NCBI RefSeq assembly: GCF_011745625.1
Contig: NW_027191468.1
Coordinates: forward strand, 496,001 to 560,000
Reading direction: 5' to 3'
Source: Cladosporium halotolerans
Taxonomy: Eukaryota
Length of the DNA: 64,000 nt
Part shown: piece after piece, positions 33,154 to 45,405 of the stretch
Position numbering within the stretch: the first letter of the stretch is position 1
How the letters are laid out: each line of letters starts with the position of its first letter
The notes under the pieces: generated by a model
Told to the model about the DNA's origin: nothing
Database searches by the model: none
Seen by the model: only the letters and a program-made list of their open reading frames with translations
Program-made: the position numbers and the translations under genes

Positions 33154-34822
33154 TCAATCCATCCGAACGACCGGAGGCTCTCGGCGGAGGATGTAAATTT
33201 TGGTTTCCATCTTCATCACGGGCCAGTAGCCGCGAGTCGTTTTCTGTAACTTTTGCCCGAGCGACAAGTACCCGCGTGTCAAGGTCGCTGCCGTCCCTGA
33301 ATCGTCCGAAATTGCCATGTCTTGCTCGCTCGGCCTCAGCGTCAAGCCTGCGAAGCCTTCCACTGTGTCGACCACCTTCCAGCTACCAATGACCCGCTTC
33401 GTGTCCTCGGCGAGCACATAGTCGAATTGCTGCCAGAAGCCGGGGTCTAGCAACAAATCCTCATCTTCCGTCTTGTCGTAGGTCCACGTCGGCTGCGTCT
33501 GTTGGAACCGGGTCACGCCCGTTTGGCAGGAGAGGTTGTCCAGGTGAACTTTCTGGCCGGGCGATGGCTCGATCTTCTGCAGTCGCGAGAGCGCTGCACC
33601 GCCCGGATAGTTCAGGCTGGAGATCAGCAATAGTCCGGCGCTCGCGGCGAATGAGGCGAGAGTGGTCAGCACGAGACCAAGGCTTAAGATACGGTAGACG
33701 ATGGTCTTAGATCGGCGTGTCCAAATCCACGAGGCGCCAGCGGACGCTACGGCGGTGAAGGCGGGGATGCTATAGATGATGAAGCGCCATTCTTTGTGCG
33801 GCAGCAAACTGTAGATGGCAATGAACGCCAAATGCGGCACCAGAATGTCCTGACTTGTCTTTTGAGTGGCTTTCACGCCCATAGCGAGTGGGATGCAGAC
33901 AAGTAAGGTCATTGGGTTCAGCATCAAGCGCGGCAGCGCGTTGATGAAGTACCATGTTGGTGGGCTCGTGCCCCAATCTGCGGACTTGCCGAGAATTGTG
34001 TTGTAGTAGAATCCTGTCCACTCAGGCCAGAGCGGAAACTGTTGCCAGAAGAACGAGTCGACGGTGACGGTGACGAGAAGACCAATGGCCGCACCAGCGA
34101 TGCCGGCCGGTATAATTTCTTTCACCAGCGACGCTCGCTGCTGGACGAGCAGGACTACTGTCTCCATAGCGAGCAGGATTGCTATCTCCGAGCGGAAGAT
34201 GACACCGGCCACGGTGAGGAGGTACAAAGCCAATCGCCTCCGCTTCTGGCTCCTCGTCGACTTTGACGCGACAGCTTTCGCCAGTACGAGGCTGCGCAAG
34301 GCGATCGTCGTGGCTGTGAAAGCAAACATATTCGGCAGCGTCCTTGACGCGTAGAACATGACGTGGAACTGACTTGCTTGGAACAAAACGAACCAACGGC
34401 CGGCGATCTTGCCGTACGCCGTATCGACAGCTGATCGTAACGATAGCAGAGCAGCTGCATTGGCAAGGCCCAAGATTGATCTGACGAGAAGCTGTATCTG
34501 GTCTGGGGAGCTCATCAAAGGGGCGAAAGGAGTAGCGGCGCCGGCGAGGACGAGAGCGCCGGTGAAGGTTCGCGGCACCGAGCCTGGGAATGTGGCATGG
34601 TCGAACTTGTCGGCGATGACAGCCGTCGAGTTGGCCCAGGGAAGGCCGTAATTCAATATGTCATGAGTTGCTTGCAGATTGAAAGATTCTTCCACTTTTG
34701 AATAGGGCGCGGCGTATAAGTGACCCAAAACGAGACTTGGAACCAGCAGGTTGATGGCGAAGTCTACATGTATCAGCAACGTGTATGCGATTGAACGCTT
34801 GGAAATCAAACCCACCAGCCAT
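33154..34822 (-). CDS. ALG12: Dol-P-Man alpha-1,6-mannosyltransferase (GT22); 7-nt first coding exon 34822-34816, intron 34815-34764
   Basis: [69 protein letters not shown]; multiple TM segments. Confidence 0.95.
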
Positions 34823-35120
34823 CTTGCTCAATCTATGCTTCTGGGGCCATATGCCTTGCTGGAGACGGAACTGCAATGCACGCTCAGCGTAATGGTGCGC
34901 CAACGACATTGATATGTCTCCGTGTCCGCGAGTGATGTCCAACAGCGGAGCAAGTCAAAGCCAAAGCCCGAACAGGCTCCCACCAGCTGCAGCCAGCCGA
35001 CCACGTCCCGCGTTTCGAACAGCTTTCCCAGACAAACATCCACCACCTCCTGCAGCATCTTGTCCGGCAACGTCAACCCTCTTTCCAAAGTGCTCCAAAG
35101 CAGCAACACAAACCGCGACA

Positions 35121-35585
35121 ATGGCAACCCTTCTCTTCTCCTTCGGCGGTCTCTTCCAAGGTCGGCACCCACCCTGCCTGCCACACCCTCACCGCAACCA
35201 AACTAACATTATACCGTAGTCTCCGTCCTCCTCGTCAACGCCATAGCAGTCTTGTCCGAAGACCGCTTCCTTGCACGCAGTACGCTCTTGGCTTGCATTC
35301 CCTTCTCTTCGAGGAACGCGCAAAGCTAACCACACCTAAACACAGTCGGTTGGGGCAATGCGCAACAAGCTGAGCCTTCCTTTGGCGGCGGCAGCGCGGA
35401 TGGTGCGAGTGTGAAGGCGAAGACGATCAATTTGATCAATTCTGTGCGCACGCTTATGCGGAGTATGTTATGCGCCGCCCAATCAAGGAATCCGAATTGA
35501 AGATGTGGATGCTGACTGAGGGGTTACAGTCCCGCTCATTTTCCTGAACGTCCTCATCATTATCTGGGCTGTGGCTTTCGGCTGA
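35121..35585 (+). CDS. YOS1: Yos1 / IER3IP1 ER-Golgi transport membrane protein, 90 aa; introns 35161-35219, 35280-35345, 35463-35529
   Basis: Spliced product ...LLVNAIAVLSEDRFLARIGW...SVKAKTINLINSVRTLMRIPLIFLN...FG*; exons sum to 273 nt. Absent from the ORF track. Confidence 0.93.
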
Positions 35586-36190
35586 GTATTGGATTATTTA
35601 AAACTGGGAAGCGACAAGAGACAAAAGGCTGGCTTGCTGCTGCGATTGAGGGGAGGGACGGGAGTTGAGGACTGAGAAAGGAAAGGTGCCCCTGTGGTTG
35701 GGGGGAAGGATGTTGCCACGGCTACGATTATGACGCTACGAGACTATGGGTATAAGACGAGCGACCTTGCGGCGATGCGAAAGGCATACGTAGGCTTGGG
35801 CGAGGAGGAACGAAAACCACGGTTGGAGCAAGCCAGAGTGAAGACCGCCCGGCCAGCCACTGCTTCTCTGATTTGGCCGGGCGAGGCGCCTCTACCAATT
35901 CGAAGCATGATCTCGAGCAAGCAAGTCAGCCAGCCAGCTCTGAAACGATCTAGGTCATCTGCCAATGCCTCGCACCCCCCATTGTGCAGGGCAAAGAAGT
36001 CAGCGAGTTTACACACGGGCAACCATAACTTACGTTAGTCGTGGAAGAGAAATCGTACGTGTAGAGCAACCACATCTGAAGCTCTAGTTAAGAGAAGAAG
36101 GCGTTCTGAAGGAGTTCTTGTCAAGTCTATCTCAAGCGAGCCTCATGCGGCAAGAATATGTACATTTTCCCAATTGTAACTCGTCTCCCG

Positions 36191-37765
36191 TTACCGACCA
36201 GCAGCATTGGCAGCGCTCTCCCGCTTTCGCCTCCGCCACTCCCGTCCCCTAGCCTTGAGTACTTCCTCCGTGACATAGTCAGGCGGCAGCTCGAACTCCC
36301 TTTCATCGAAATCCGGCAACGGCTGTCCGAAAGCTGTGACGCTGCGACCGTGCCGTGTCTTCTTGAGGGCTGCGTCGCGCAGGTGGCGCTTGGAGTAGAA
36401 GCTCGTGATGGGCGAGGGCGGGCGATAGGGTATAGGCTCTGGCGGTGGGACAATCGCGGCGCGGTTCTGGGGTTTAGGTTGCTGTGGTTTGTTGCTGTGT
36501 GCGGCGTGGGACTGCCTCGAGCTTGATTTGAGCGCGGACGCGGTTTCTTGCTGCAGTTGGCGCGCTGCTGAGGCGTTGAGGTCACTGCTTGGCGGTTCGA
36601 CGGAGAGCTCGGAGCTGGAGGTACTTTCGTCGTCGTCGTCGTCGTCTTCTTCTTCTTCGGCTTCGCGCTCGGCAGCCATGGCGGCTTCTCGCTCAAGTCG
36701 CTGCCGTTTCTCTTCGTCCTTCCATTCCTTGTACTTGTCGACGAGCGCTTGTACCTCGGCAATGAAGTAGTCTCGTTTGGGCTCGTACTTCCTCGCTTCG
36801 CCGTCCGTGACGCCGGTGATGCCCAGGACTCGCAGCCAGTCGTGGCCTCGGAGACCGTCTAGAAGGCGGTCCAATTGGACTTTCTCGTGCATTGCGCGCT
36901 CGCGCTCGATGTTGCGGAGCTGCTTTTCCTTGCGTTCTGCGCGCTTGTGGGACTTGAGGAAGGCGTCTTCGGAAAGAGGATCTTCTGCTGAGTCTGGGAC
37001 ATTCTTGAGGAACGTCGAAAGGTCGACGACTTGACATCCGTTGTAGCTCGTGGACGAGGATTGTACAGCCGGAGGAGCCTGTGTCCCATTCCTGCGGGCG
37101 CTGTTTGGTGTTCCTTTCATGTGCCGACTGTTCTTGCTGGGCGAGGGCGTTTCCGCCTTCACGGCCTTGGGTGTGTCGTCTGTTACGTATATAGCCGAAT
37201 CGACCGTGATGAACTCCGGCTCCATGGGCGTGTCGAACATGATATCCTCGAAGTTCCCAAAATATACCGCCAGCTCGCTCTTCAGCCTTGGTCCGTCGTC
37301 GCGACTTCTGAGCGATCTTCGCTCCTCTTTCTTGCGCTTCTCCGCCGGCTGTGATGCCGGCATTGGTCGAGCATCAGGAGCAGCTTTGCTCGGGGTATCG
37401 ATCTCGCCATTCCCATTATCCTCTACCGTAGCATCTTCCCCAATGGTCAGCTCAGAACGCGTGCCATTGACCGTCTCAATCAGCGGACCATGCGGGTGCG
37501 CGATTGTGATCTTGTTCGGCGGCTGGACAGGCTCGGCGGCGATGGCGGCGGCACGATTGAAGAAACCCAGACTGTCGAGCGTCTGCTGCTTAGGCCCGGC
37601 GCGGATCTCAAGCCTCCTCTTCTTCGCGGGGCGGTCGTCGCGAAACATGCCATCGTCAGGGCCGTCGGAGCGCGCGAGGTCGGCGTTGTGCGAGGAGGAG
37701 GAATTGCGCGAGGGCAAACGCCGTCGAGCCGCCGGGCGCGGCGCCTGAGGGTGTCGCGATGGCAT
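36191..37765 (-). CDS. SAS4: SAS acetyltransferase complex subunit Sas4-domain protein
   Basis: DPLSEDAFLKSHKRAERKEKQLRNIERERAMHEKVQLDRLL...DWLRVLGITG...KYKEWK matches the Sas4 domain as I recall it. C-terminal PITSFY...AFGQPLP..EREFELP. Confidence 0.82.
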   Translation of the reverse strand: MPSRHPQAPRPAARRRLPSRNSSSSHNADLARSDGPDDGMFRDDRPAKKRRLEIRAGPKQQTLDSLGFFNRAAAIAAEPVQPPNKITIAHPHGPLIETVNGTRSELTIGEDATVEDNGNGEIDTPSKAAPDARPMPASQPAEKRKKEERRSLRSRDDGPRLKSELAVYFGNFEDIMFDTPMEPEFITVDSAIYVTDDTPKAVKAETPSPSKNSRHMKGTPNSARRNGTQAPPAVQSSSTSYNGCQVVDLSTFLKNVPDSAEDPLSEDAFLKSHKRAERKEKQLRNIERERAMHEKVQLDRLLDGLRGHDWLRVLGITGVTDGEARKYEPKRDYFIAEVQALVDKYKEWKDEEKRQRLEREAAMAAEREAEEEEDDDDDDESTSSSELSVEPPSSDLNASAARQLQQETASALKSSSRQSHAAHSNKPQQPKPQNRAAIVPPPEPIPYRPPSPITSFYSKRHLRDAALKKTRHGRSVTAFGQPLPDFDEREFELPPDYVTEEVLKARGREWRRRKRESAANAAGR

Positions 37766-39541
37766 TGTCGCTGCGCGCGCGGGGCTTCATCTCGACATGG
37801 TCGTGTTTGCTCCCAGGACGCGTTGCGGGCGAGGTTGCGACGGACGTTTAAGGCGGCCTCTGCGGCGCGCGGTTTGGCCCTTTTGCAAGAGCCTTGCTGC
37901 TGTCGCCTCCCTGAAGCTTGCCTTGGGCGAGGGCGAGCTTCTCAAACGGCTTTTGGCTACGGTTGGGCAAGACACCACACTTTGGTCATGCGAGTTTGCT
38001 TTTCACATGGATTTCAGGACTTCGCAATTCAGAAAGAATGTTCTTATCAATAACTGGGTCGCTGGTATTGCCGTGTGCGCTGGTAGCATTCTTGGGAAAT
38101 GTGCTTGTCTCGACGACCCTGCGAAAGCACCAGCAGACTGCTTTGAGATGGCCGACCAGATTCCTTAGTTGGGATGAGACAGACTCAGTGATCAGCAAAT
38201 GCTTCAGGCCAATTGCAATGACAAAGTCCAATTTGGACGGAAAAAACTCTAGGATAGCAGGGTCAAATCAGAAGCATCTGTAATAAAGTTTCAATGTTCG
38301 CCCGAGAGCTCCTGGCCCCGATGCTTCGACGGGGCAGAACGCTGAATTACCACCTGACTGAACCCGAATGCCTTGTATTCGATTATGGCGGCTGTAGAAA
38401 TATCGTTCATCCTTCACTAAAGGATACAAATAGCGTGTACATGTTCAATGCCGCAAAACTTTGCTCTGCGATCCGAGGGGATGGTAGGTACATCCGAGAT
38501 GATTTTCATTACGGACTTGCCTAGGGAAAGAACTCGCACATCGCCGTCCTGCCCTTCATATATTTCACATTCCTTCTGGAAAGGACTCTTACCGTGCTCG
38601 GACTCAACTAGGGCCAGTCAAATGCTCCCTCGATAAGGGCACCCATGATAGACGTCCCAATCAACCCTTGCTACGAATTTGGTCATTCTTCAATCACTTC
38701 AAAGTCCTGTGCTATGATGTGAATTCGCAAGGGTGGGCTCTAAAGCTCGCTTCGACGAGACATGCCAGATAGCTAGATAGCTGACGCTTCTCAGGTACTC
38801 CGAAGCACTCGAGGTCAGGTCGCGTACTACCCTCGCCTCTGGACCATCATGAAGTAATATTTCCAGCGAGAGTTAAGAGCCGCGTGCCACAAACCTTCGC
38901 ATCAGTGGTTGATTGAGCTCAGTGTGGCTGCTACAGCAAACCAAGGTACACAGAATGAGTGTCGGCTTACGAACATCAAGCGAAACCAATAGTGCCCTAT
39001 TTCCTCATCCTACCCTGGCCTCCCGAATGCCGTCGACACCCCCGTCCCGTGTTCAGGCGTTCGAAGGCGTTCGTGGGCGGGTCTGGCTCAACGGTCAATA
39101 GTCATTGGTGGGGAAGTCGATTTCGTGGCTCTTAGCGCATTCGATTCTGAGCAGGTGTGGACTCTGAACCAACTTGTCGAAGGCATTCGAGCAATTGGTA
39201 TACTCAAATCATGTGCGGTCGAGTCCGCGCTCAGTGAGAGTTTCACTGGCTCATAACGATGGTATAGAACCTACGGCGGGATAATGACAGAGTGCAGTAG
39301 CTCGAGCCGAGATGGGACGAGGCGCCGATCGCGGTGGAGACTACCCCGGCTTCTCGCTCTTCTGGAAGGGGGAGGATGAAACGAGACGAGGCTCAAGCCG
39401 TGGCGCCGGGTCCAGATGGCAGACGGCGAGGGAGCGGACGTGACAGCCAGGCCGGGCATAGGGCAGCGGGATGATCATGGGCGTGACGTGGAGGCCAGGC
39501 GCAATCCCGGCGCGGAGTACGCACCGCCAATGATGGAGGAC

Positions 39542-39568
39542 AGGGTGGTGAGGGTGGTGAGGGTGGTG
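39542..39568 (+). repeat. 9-bp tandem repeat (AGGGTGGTG)3 upstream of the Sel1-repeat gene
   Basis: Seen directly; G-run rich. Confidence 0.7.
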
Positions 39569-40120
39569 CATGTGGTGGCCGAGTGAATTTCCTTAATTGC
39601 TGCGGCGCCGCGAAACTCAGGGGGGCGACAAGCGACGCAGCCCCAGGCGCCGTCCCGATTGGCCGGCGGTGGGGAATGGCGCTCAGGGTCAGGCACTGGA
39701 GCATCTTCACGCCCGCAGTCCGCCCTTGGGACTCCCTACTGCGCTGCGGCTGCCGGGCCACTTCGCACTGCCTACGTGTGCGCTGCACCTCGTCGACTCC
39801 TCCCGCACGCCACTCCTCACCTCACTTCACCTCACCTCCCACGCGAGCCCGTGTCGCCCGTGGCAGTGCTGCTTGCTGCGCCGCCGTCCGTTCATTACCC
39901 CCCGCCCACCAGCCAAACACCTCCCACCGCACTTTGCGCCGCATACCGCGACTGGGCCATACCACCATCTCGCGACCCACCGTCTTGCCCGTCGCGCCAC
40001 GCCCGAACCAACCACTCGACCACTGTATTCTCTTTCTCGGACCACGAACGGCAGCATATCGAACTCACGCATGTCCACCGGCCGCTCCACTCCACTCACT
40101 GCATCCGCAAATCCGCAACC

Positions 40121-42515
40121 ATGGCCCGGCGACCCGCACACCTGGACTTATCCAAGTCGCATAACAACGCCGACTTGACACCTCCACGCTTTCCAAACTT
40201 CCATGTGGACCTACCTTCTCCGCGTTCTGGCGAGGCGCCGCCCGCCCTCTCGCCATTGGACGCCTTCGCCCAACACTCGCGCATGCTTGCTATGAAGTTC
40301 GACCAGGAAACCGAGGACGGAAAGCGACTCAGTCGCTTGCCGCATGCCGACGTCGCAAGGGAACTCGCGAATAGGCCAGGCTATTTCAGAAGCGTTAGCG
40401 GCAACTCTGATAGTGGCATGAGCGATCTTGGCGAGGTATCGGACGAGGACAGGCCCACCACCAGCGATCGCTATACGGTCAAAGAGGAGACCAAGAACAA
40501 GCACAAGAGTCAGTATCCGATGCTGGGCAACTTTGGCAGAGACAGCCAGAGACAGTCTGCAGCCTCACATTTCTACGACGTCCCAGAGCCTTCACCAATA
40601 CGAGAGGAGCCCAGGGACTATTTCAACATCGGCGCTCCTAGGGCTTCTTCACCGGAGGCCGTGGAGGCAAATGCCGCGAACGTCGGAGCACCCTCACCTA
40701 ACCTTCCACCGAGTTTGACAAGCAGTGTGGACTCGTATCGGTCTATGTCGCATCCGCGAACCCTCACCAATGGATCGACTCGCTCCCAGAAATCAGACCA
40801 AGGATTCCTGCTTCCCAAGTCGCCAGCCTTCACAAGCTCGCCAAGGAGCAAACAAAACGCCCGGCCAATGCGACAGGATAGCGGGGAAGACGAAGGTTCA
40901 CAATCGGGACGCCAGCCGCGTTCACAGTCGAGACCAGCTTCCCCATTCACGAACGTACCTGCAACCAAGCGATCTCCTTCTGCAGCTTCAGAGCGTTCCT
41001 TGAATGGCTCTTACTCCCGCTTGCCGAAGCCTTCATTCAATTTCTCTCGGCCTTTGAGCAGCCACGGCAACCAACTAGCATTCGACGGCAGGAAATCGAG
41101 TGACGGTCGACCGTCGTTTGAAACCCGTCCGTCAACTGAGCGCCCCCACAGGCCTTCCGCTGCGTCAACCATGACCGTGGGAACAACAACAAGCACACCT
41201 CTGTCAAGGCAGGTGTCGCAAGATGATGAAGTCTGCAAGCCTGCTGCATCATCGCAAGCAAATGCTTCAACGCCGAAACCTGTCAAGCGCCAAGACAGTG
41301 ATATGTCTAGCAATGGCGCTCCTCCCCAGACCGCTCAAGGTGAGGATCTTCCTCGTGGCAGAGAAATGTACCGTAGCTCCGCCGATCAACGTACATCTTG
41401 GATCCACAACCAATTCAAATGGGATAATTCGTCAGAGGATCTGAGGAAGACCGTTGGCCAAGCATCAAAGTATGATTCCACCGTAAAGCTCGTAAGCCGT
41501 GAGAACTCGCCTACGCCGTCGGAAAGGCTTCAAAAGATGGCGGAACTGCAGATCGAGGCAACAGAGCGTCTGGGAAGGAACGCTGGATTCTCATCGATGG
41601 CTCGCAGTCGAAGCGCTGATCCACGCGCCGGCTCGAGGGCAAATGCGAAGCACAACCCGACTCCCTCCGTGCAGACTGACAGCACCGACCGCACAATCCG
41701 ACAGACTCCCTTGCATCAACGCGCGCCATCAGCGGAGTTAACGGCGGAAGAGCATCTCGAAATCGGCATTCAAGCGCACAGCTCTGGCTCCCTCACCAAG
41801 TCTACATACCACCTGCGGCTTGCAGCCAGGGAGGGCTTGCCAACCGCAATGCTCCTGTATGCGCTCGCTTGTAGGCACGGCTGGGGCATGCGTCCGAACC
41901 AGGAGGATGGCGTGGCCTGGCTGCGCAAGGCGATTGAGGGTTCTGGACTGCAGCCCTCGGACGTCGAGCAGACCCTCACCAATGCCTCCAGGATGGACAG
42001 CAAGGGTGACCCCGCGGCTGAAGCAGCAGAGCGCAGGAAAAGGAAGGCACAGTTCGCGCTGGCAGTCTACGAGCTTGGAATCAGCTACATGAATGGATGG
42101 GGCTGCCAGAAGGACAAGGCCCTTGCCCTGCAGTGTTACGAAGTTGCTGGTGGTTGGGGTGATTGCGATGCTCTGGCCGAGGCTGGGTACTGCTACACCC
42201 AAGGCCTCGGGTGCAAGAAGGACATGAAGAGAGCAGCAACTCTGTACAGGAAGGCAGCCGATTTGGGCATGTCGATGGCTGGAAACAGCTGGTGAGTTCC
42301 GCTTATAAGAACAATATCTTCGGGTCATCCTAACACTGACCGCTTTTAGGATCTACAAGCCCAAGTACATGGACGACCCGGCTGCCGAGAAAGGCAAAGA
42401 TTCGAAACGCCCGGAGACCATATTCCTGGGCAAAGACCCCAATCAGAAAGACGCCAACAAGCCTGCTGGCCGGTCAAGAGCGCGCTCCATCTGGGGAAGG
42501 AAGAAGGAGAAATGA
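40121..42515 (+). CDS. Sel1-repeat protein, Dsf2/Nif1-like cell-cycle regulator; intron 42292-42349
   Basis: Ser/Pro-rich N-terminus, then AMLLYALACRHGWG, LAVYELGISYMNGWG, DALAEAGYCYTQGLGCKKD and spliced GNSWIYKPKY. ATG 40121 (CAACCATGG) preferred over the ORF-track start at 39659. Confidence 0.85.
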
Positions 42516-44107
42516 TGCACATACATCATACGATCTGTTGCTTTTCATGCATTCTCTTTGGTTCTTGGTTCATATCCTTGCTTTTTCTTTTTCTCTGCCC
42601 TTTCTTTGCTTTTTTGGTTCCGTTTTCTCTTGCTCTTATGTCCATTTGCTTTGTTCCTTTTTTCTCTGTACCGTATGGCGCCCGGCGCTGCTTCTTCTTG
42701 TGCCACGACTCGTCACGGCCAAGTGAGGAGCCTAATTCTGCACCTTTCCTTTCAACATCTGTGGAATTTCTTTTCTTGTTGGGTGGATTCGCGATACAGC
42801 GATCAATGGTAATCGCTAATCGCTTCGGCCATGGATACACCGCTCGTCGGCGTGAGAGCAGGGTCGAGGTTTTCTTTCCTTTTCTTTTCGTCAAGTTTCC
42901 CTTGGATGGCAGATTTCGAAGCCACTGAAAGTCGGCGTACAAACCTACATACGCGCAGGATAAGGTAGCCAGCTAGAGAGAGCGAGCGATAATGTTCAAA
43001 AGTAAAAGCTGCACATATGCCGCTGCTGCAGAGATAATCACCCATGATTTTACGTGCTTTTCCTGAAGTTCAACCAAACCTCCCCTCCCTCTCTCGCCTG
43101 CTCGATATGGCCTTCAGGCGCGAGTCTCGTCACAAGCTTTCCACCACCGCGCCTCGGCGCCGCCCTTGTACCTCGTTTAGCCAGCTCACGCGAGCAACGA
43201 TCTTCAACAGCTGTAGAACCTACTGCAGCGCGGGTAGAGCGTAGAGTAAACACAAATTGCGCCACGGCTTCGAGCTGTCTCCAAAGCTAGAGGTCATCGC
43301 CCGTGGGAGGAAGACATCCACGACGCCCTGTTTCCCATGCTGCGCAGAGATGCGTAACCCGCGAGAATCCGGATCCTTCGTCAGACAGATATCATCGATT
43401 GGTTTCGCGTGCTTTGCTGGCCTGGAGGACCCGCTGTTCAAGCATCATTTGAGGCCGGCACGGCGGAGCTTGGTTGCGGGCCTGAAGGGCGACGTCACGG
43501 GTGGGAGAGCGTTGCGGAAGGGGTGATAATGACTTTGCGACGTTTTTGAGGGTGCACACGTCGATTTGGGAGGCTTCACCGATACCTGCTCTGATTTTGG
43601 CGAATTTGGAATATCAGGCTCTCATTGAATGGTGTTTAGGGTAGACTTGAGCCCATTGACAATACGACGTATCAAGTCTGCACATGTTTCAAATTATCAT
43701 CACTTCCGACGCAAAGGATGCCAACGACCCCGCAACAACATCACGGCTGGCTAGATGCAAGACAACGCCGCCGCCGCCACGTTCCAGAGCTCCAGCTTTT
43801 GCCGCGGGCGCCCGTTCACCGAGGGATTGCCCGCGTGCTACAACTACGTAAGGCTCTGCCGATCCGCAATGGCGCTATGTGCCTTGGAAGGCGATGGAGC
43901 AGATAATCGGGGTCCATTGCGTGGTTGGGCGGGAAGAAGAACTGGAATCCATGAGGTAGATATACCTTTGCTTCTGCTCCTCGCCGATACTCTTCGTCTC
44001 TACACAATTAGTTTGCTACATCACATCGATTATACCCAAGTCTAATAGTCACTCTTAAACCGTAATACTTGCCAAACCACTACCTACCTACACCTCGCCT
44101 GCCCACA

Positions 44108-45405
44108 ATGTCCACAGAACCCACCACGAACACTTCGTCCGGTCTCACCGGCGACAACACCACAACCACCACTGGAAACAATGGCCAAGAGGGCATTGTA
44201 CCTACAGTCCTCAGCTATGTCGGTCTAGGAGGCAACGGCAACACAACAAGTGAGCAAGCCCCCGCCACAGCAGACGACCGTGGCGCAGCAGTAGGCGTTG
44301 GCGCCAGTGCAGTCGCCGCATCCAGCGCTGCCGGCGCAGCAGTGCAGCAAGGCCATGGCCCTGCTGCGGCCGCTGCCGGGGCTGCTGTCGCTGCTGGTGC
44401 AGCCGGCGCCGCGGCCTATGGAGGTTCGAAGGCGGGTGCTAACGATGCTGCAGCTGAGGGCGCGCACTTGCACCCTCACGACGAGGATTCTGCCCGCTCA
44501 GTCGCTGCTCGTGCCACGGGCGGCGTGTCGTCTGGCTACGGCGACGGCTCTGGTCTGGAGGGCAACACTGGCGTCGGTGCCGACAAGGTCAGAGACACCA
44601 CCGGCGTTGGCGCCGTGAACGATGGAAGCTATGCTAGCGGTGGCCGCTCGACCTCTGGCATCGGATCTGGGGTTGGCGTTGGCTCTGACGACGCTTACGC
44701 CAACAGCCGCTCGGCCTCTGGTGTCGGGTCCGGTGCTGGCGTGAACGACTCAATTGGCCGCGACAACCCTGGCATGCACTCTTCTGACGCCAGCACTCGC
44801 GACAGCAGCGCCGGGCTCGCTGGCACGACGGTCCAGGACGAGACGCGCAAGACCGAGCGCGCGGACGACGGCACGGCCACGGGCTCCGAGGCGCAGGAGA
44901 GCCAAGCGACGACGGAGTCGCGCAACAACAACCAGACGCAGGGCGGCGGCAGCCGCGGCAAGATGGAGAACAAGGACGCGATTCCCATCGCCGGCGGCGT
45001 CAAGCTGGGCGAGAAGCACTGGGGCGAGAGCGAAATCATCCCGGACAACCCCAAGCCCAGGTCTGACGAAGGCGTGTCTTCGTCCGAGGGCCAGCCTGAC
45101 CGTTAGTATATATCTTTTTACCTTTGCTCGCATTGGTTCGCATGAGTTTGCATTGCATTCTTGCATGTGTGAATACGTAGTTTTGCCTGCCTCTTTGGTT
45201 TGGGACGAGAAATGAATCTTCCTTTTTGTTTTAGATTGTGTTCTACATACCATCACCTTACTAATCGGCTTGTGTAGAGTCGACGAGAGATAACACCTCT
45301 GCCAACACTGGCGGTGCTTCGGGCCCGCCCCGATCAGGCTCGGGCGAGAAGGAGGGGTTCATGGATAAGGTCAAGGATAAGCTGAACATCGGGAACAAAG
45401 ACTAG
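44108..45405 (+). CDS. Gly/Ala/Ser/Thr-rich hydrophilin-like protein, 373 aa, with a dehydrin K-segment-like C-terminus; intron 45102-45277
   Basis: ATG in CACAATG context, biased codon use, intron GTTAGT..ACTAAT..TAG, last exon ending EKEGFMDKVKDKLNIGNKD*. Confidence 0.8.

Noticed and set aside
39659..40120. 154-codon N-terminal extension of the Sel1-repeat ORF; likewise 6935-7075 for NOP14
   Set aside because: Pyrimidine-rich 5'-UTR-like sequence (the Sel1 extension starts at a non-ATG codon); the downstream ATGs have strong context and family-like N-termini.
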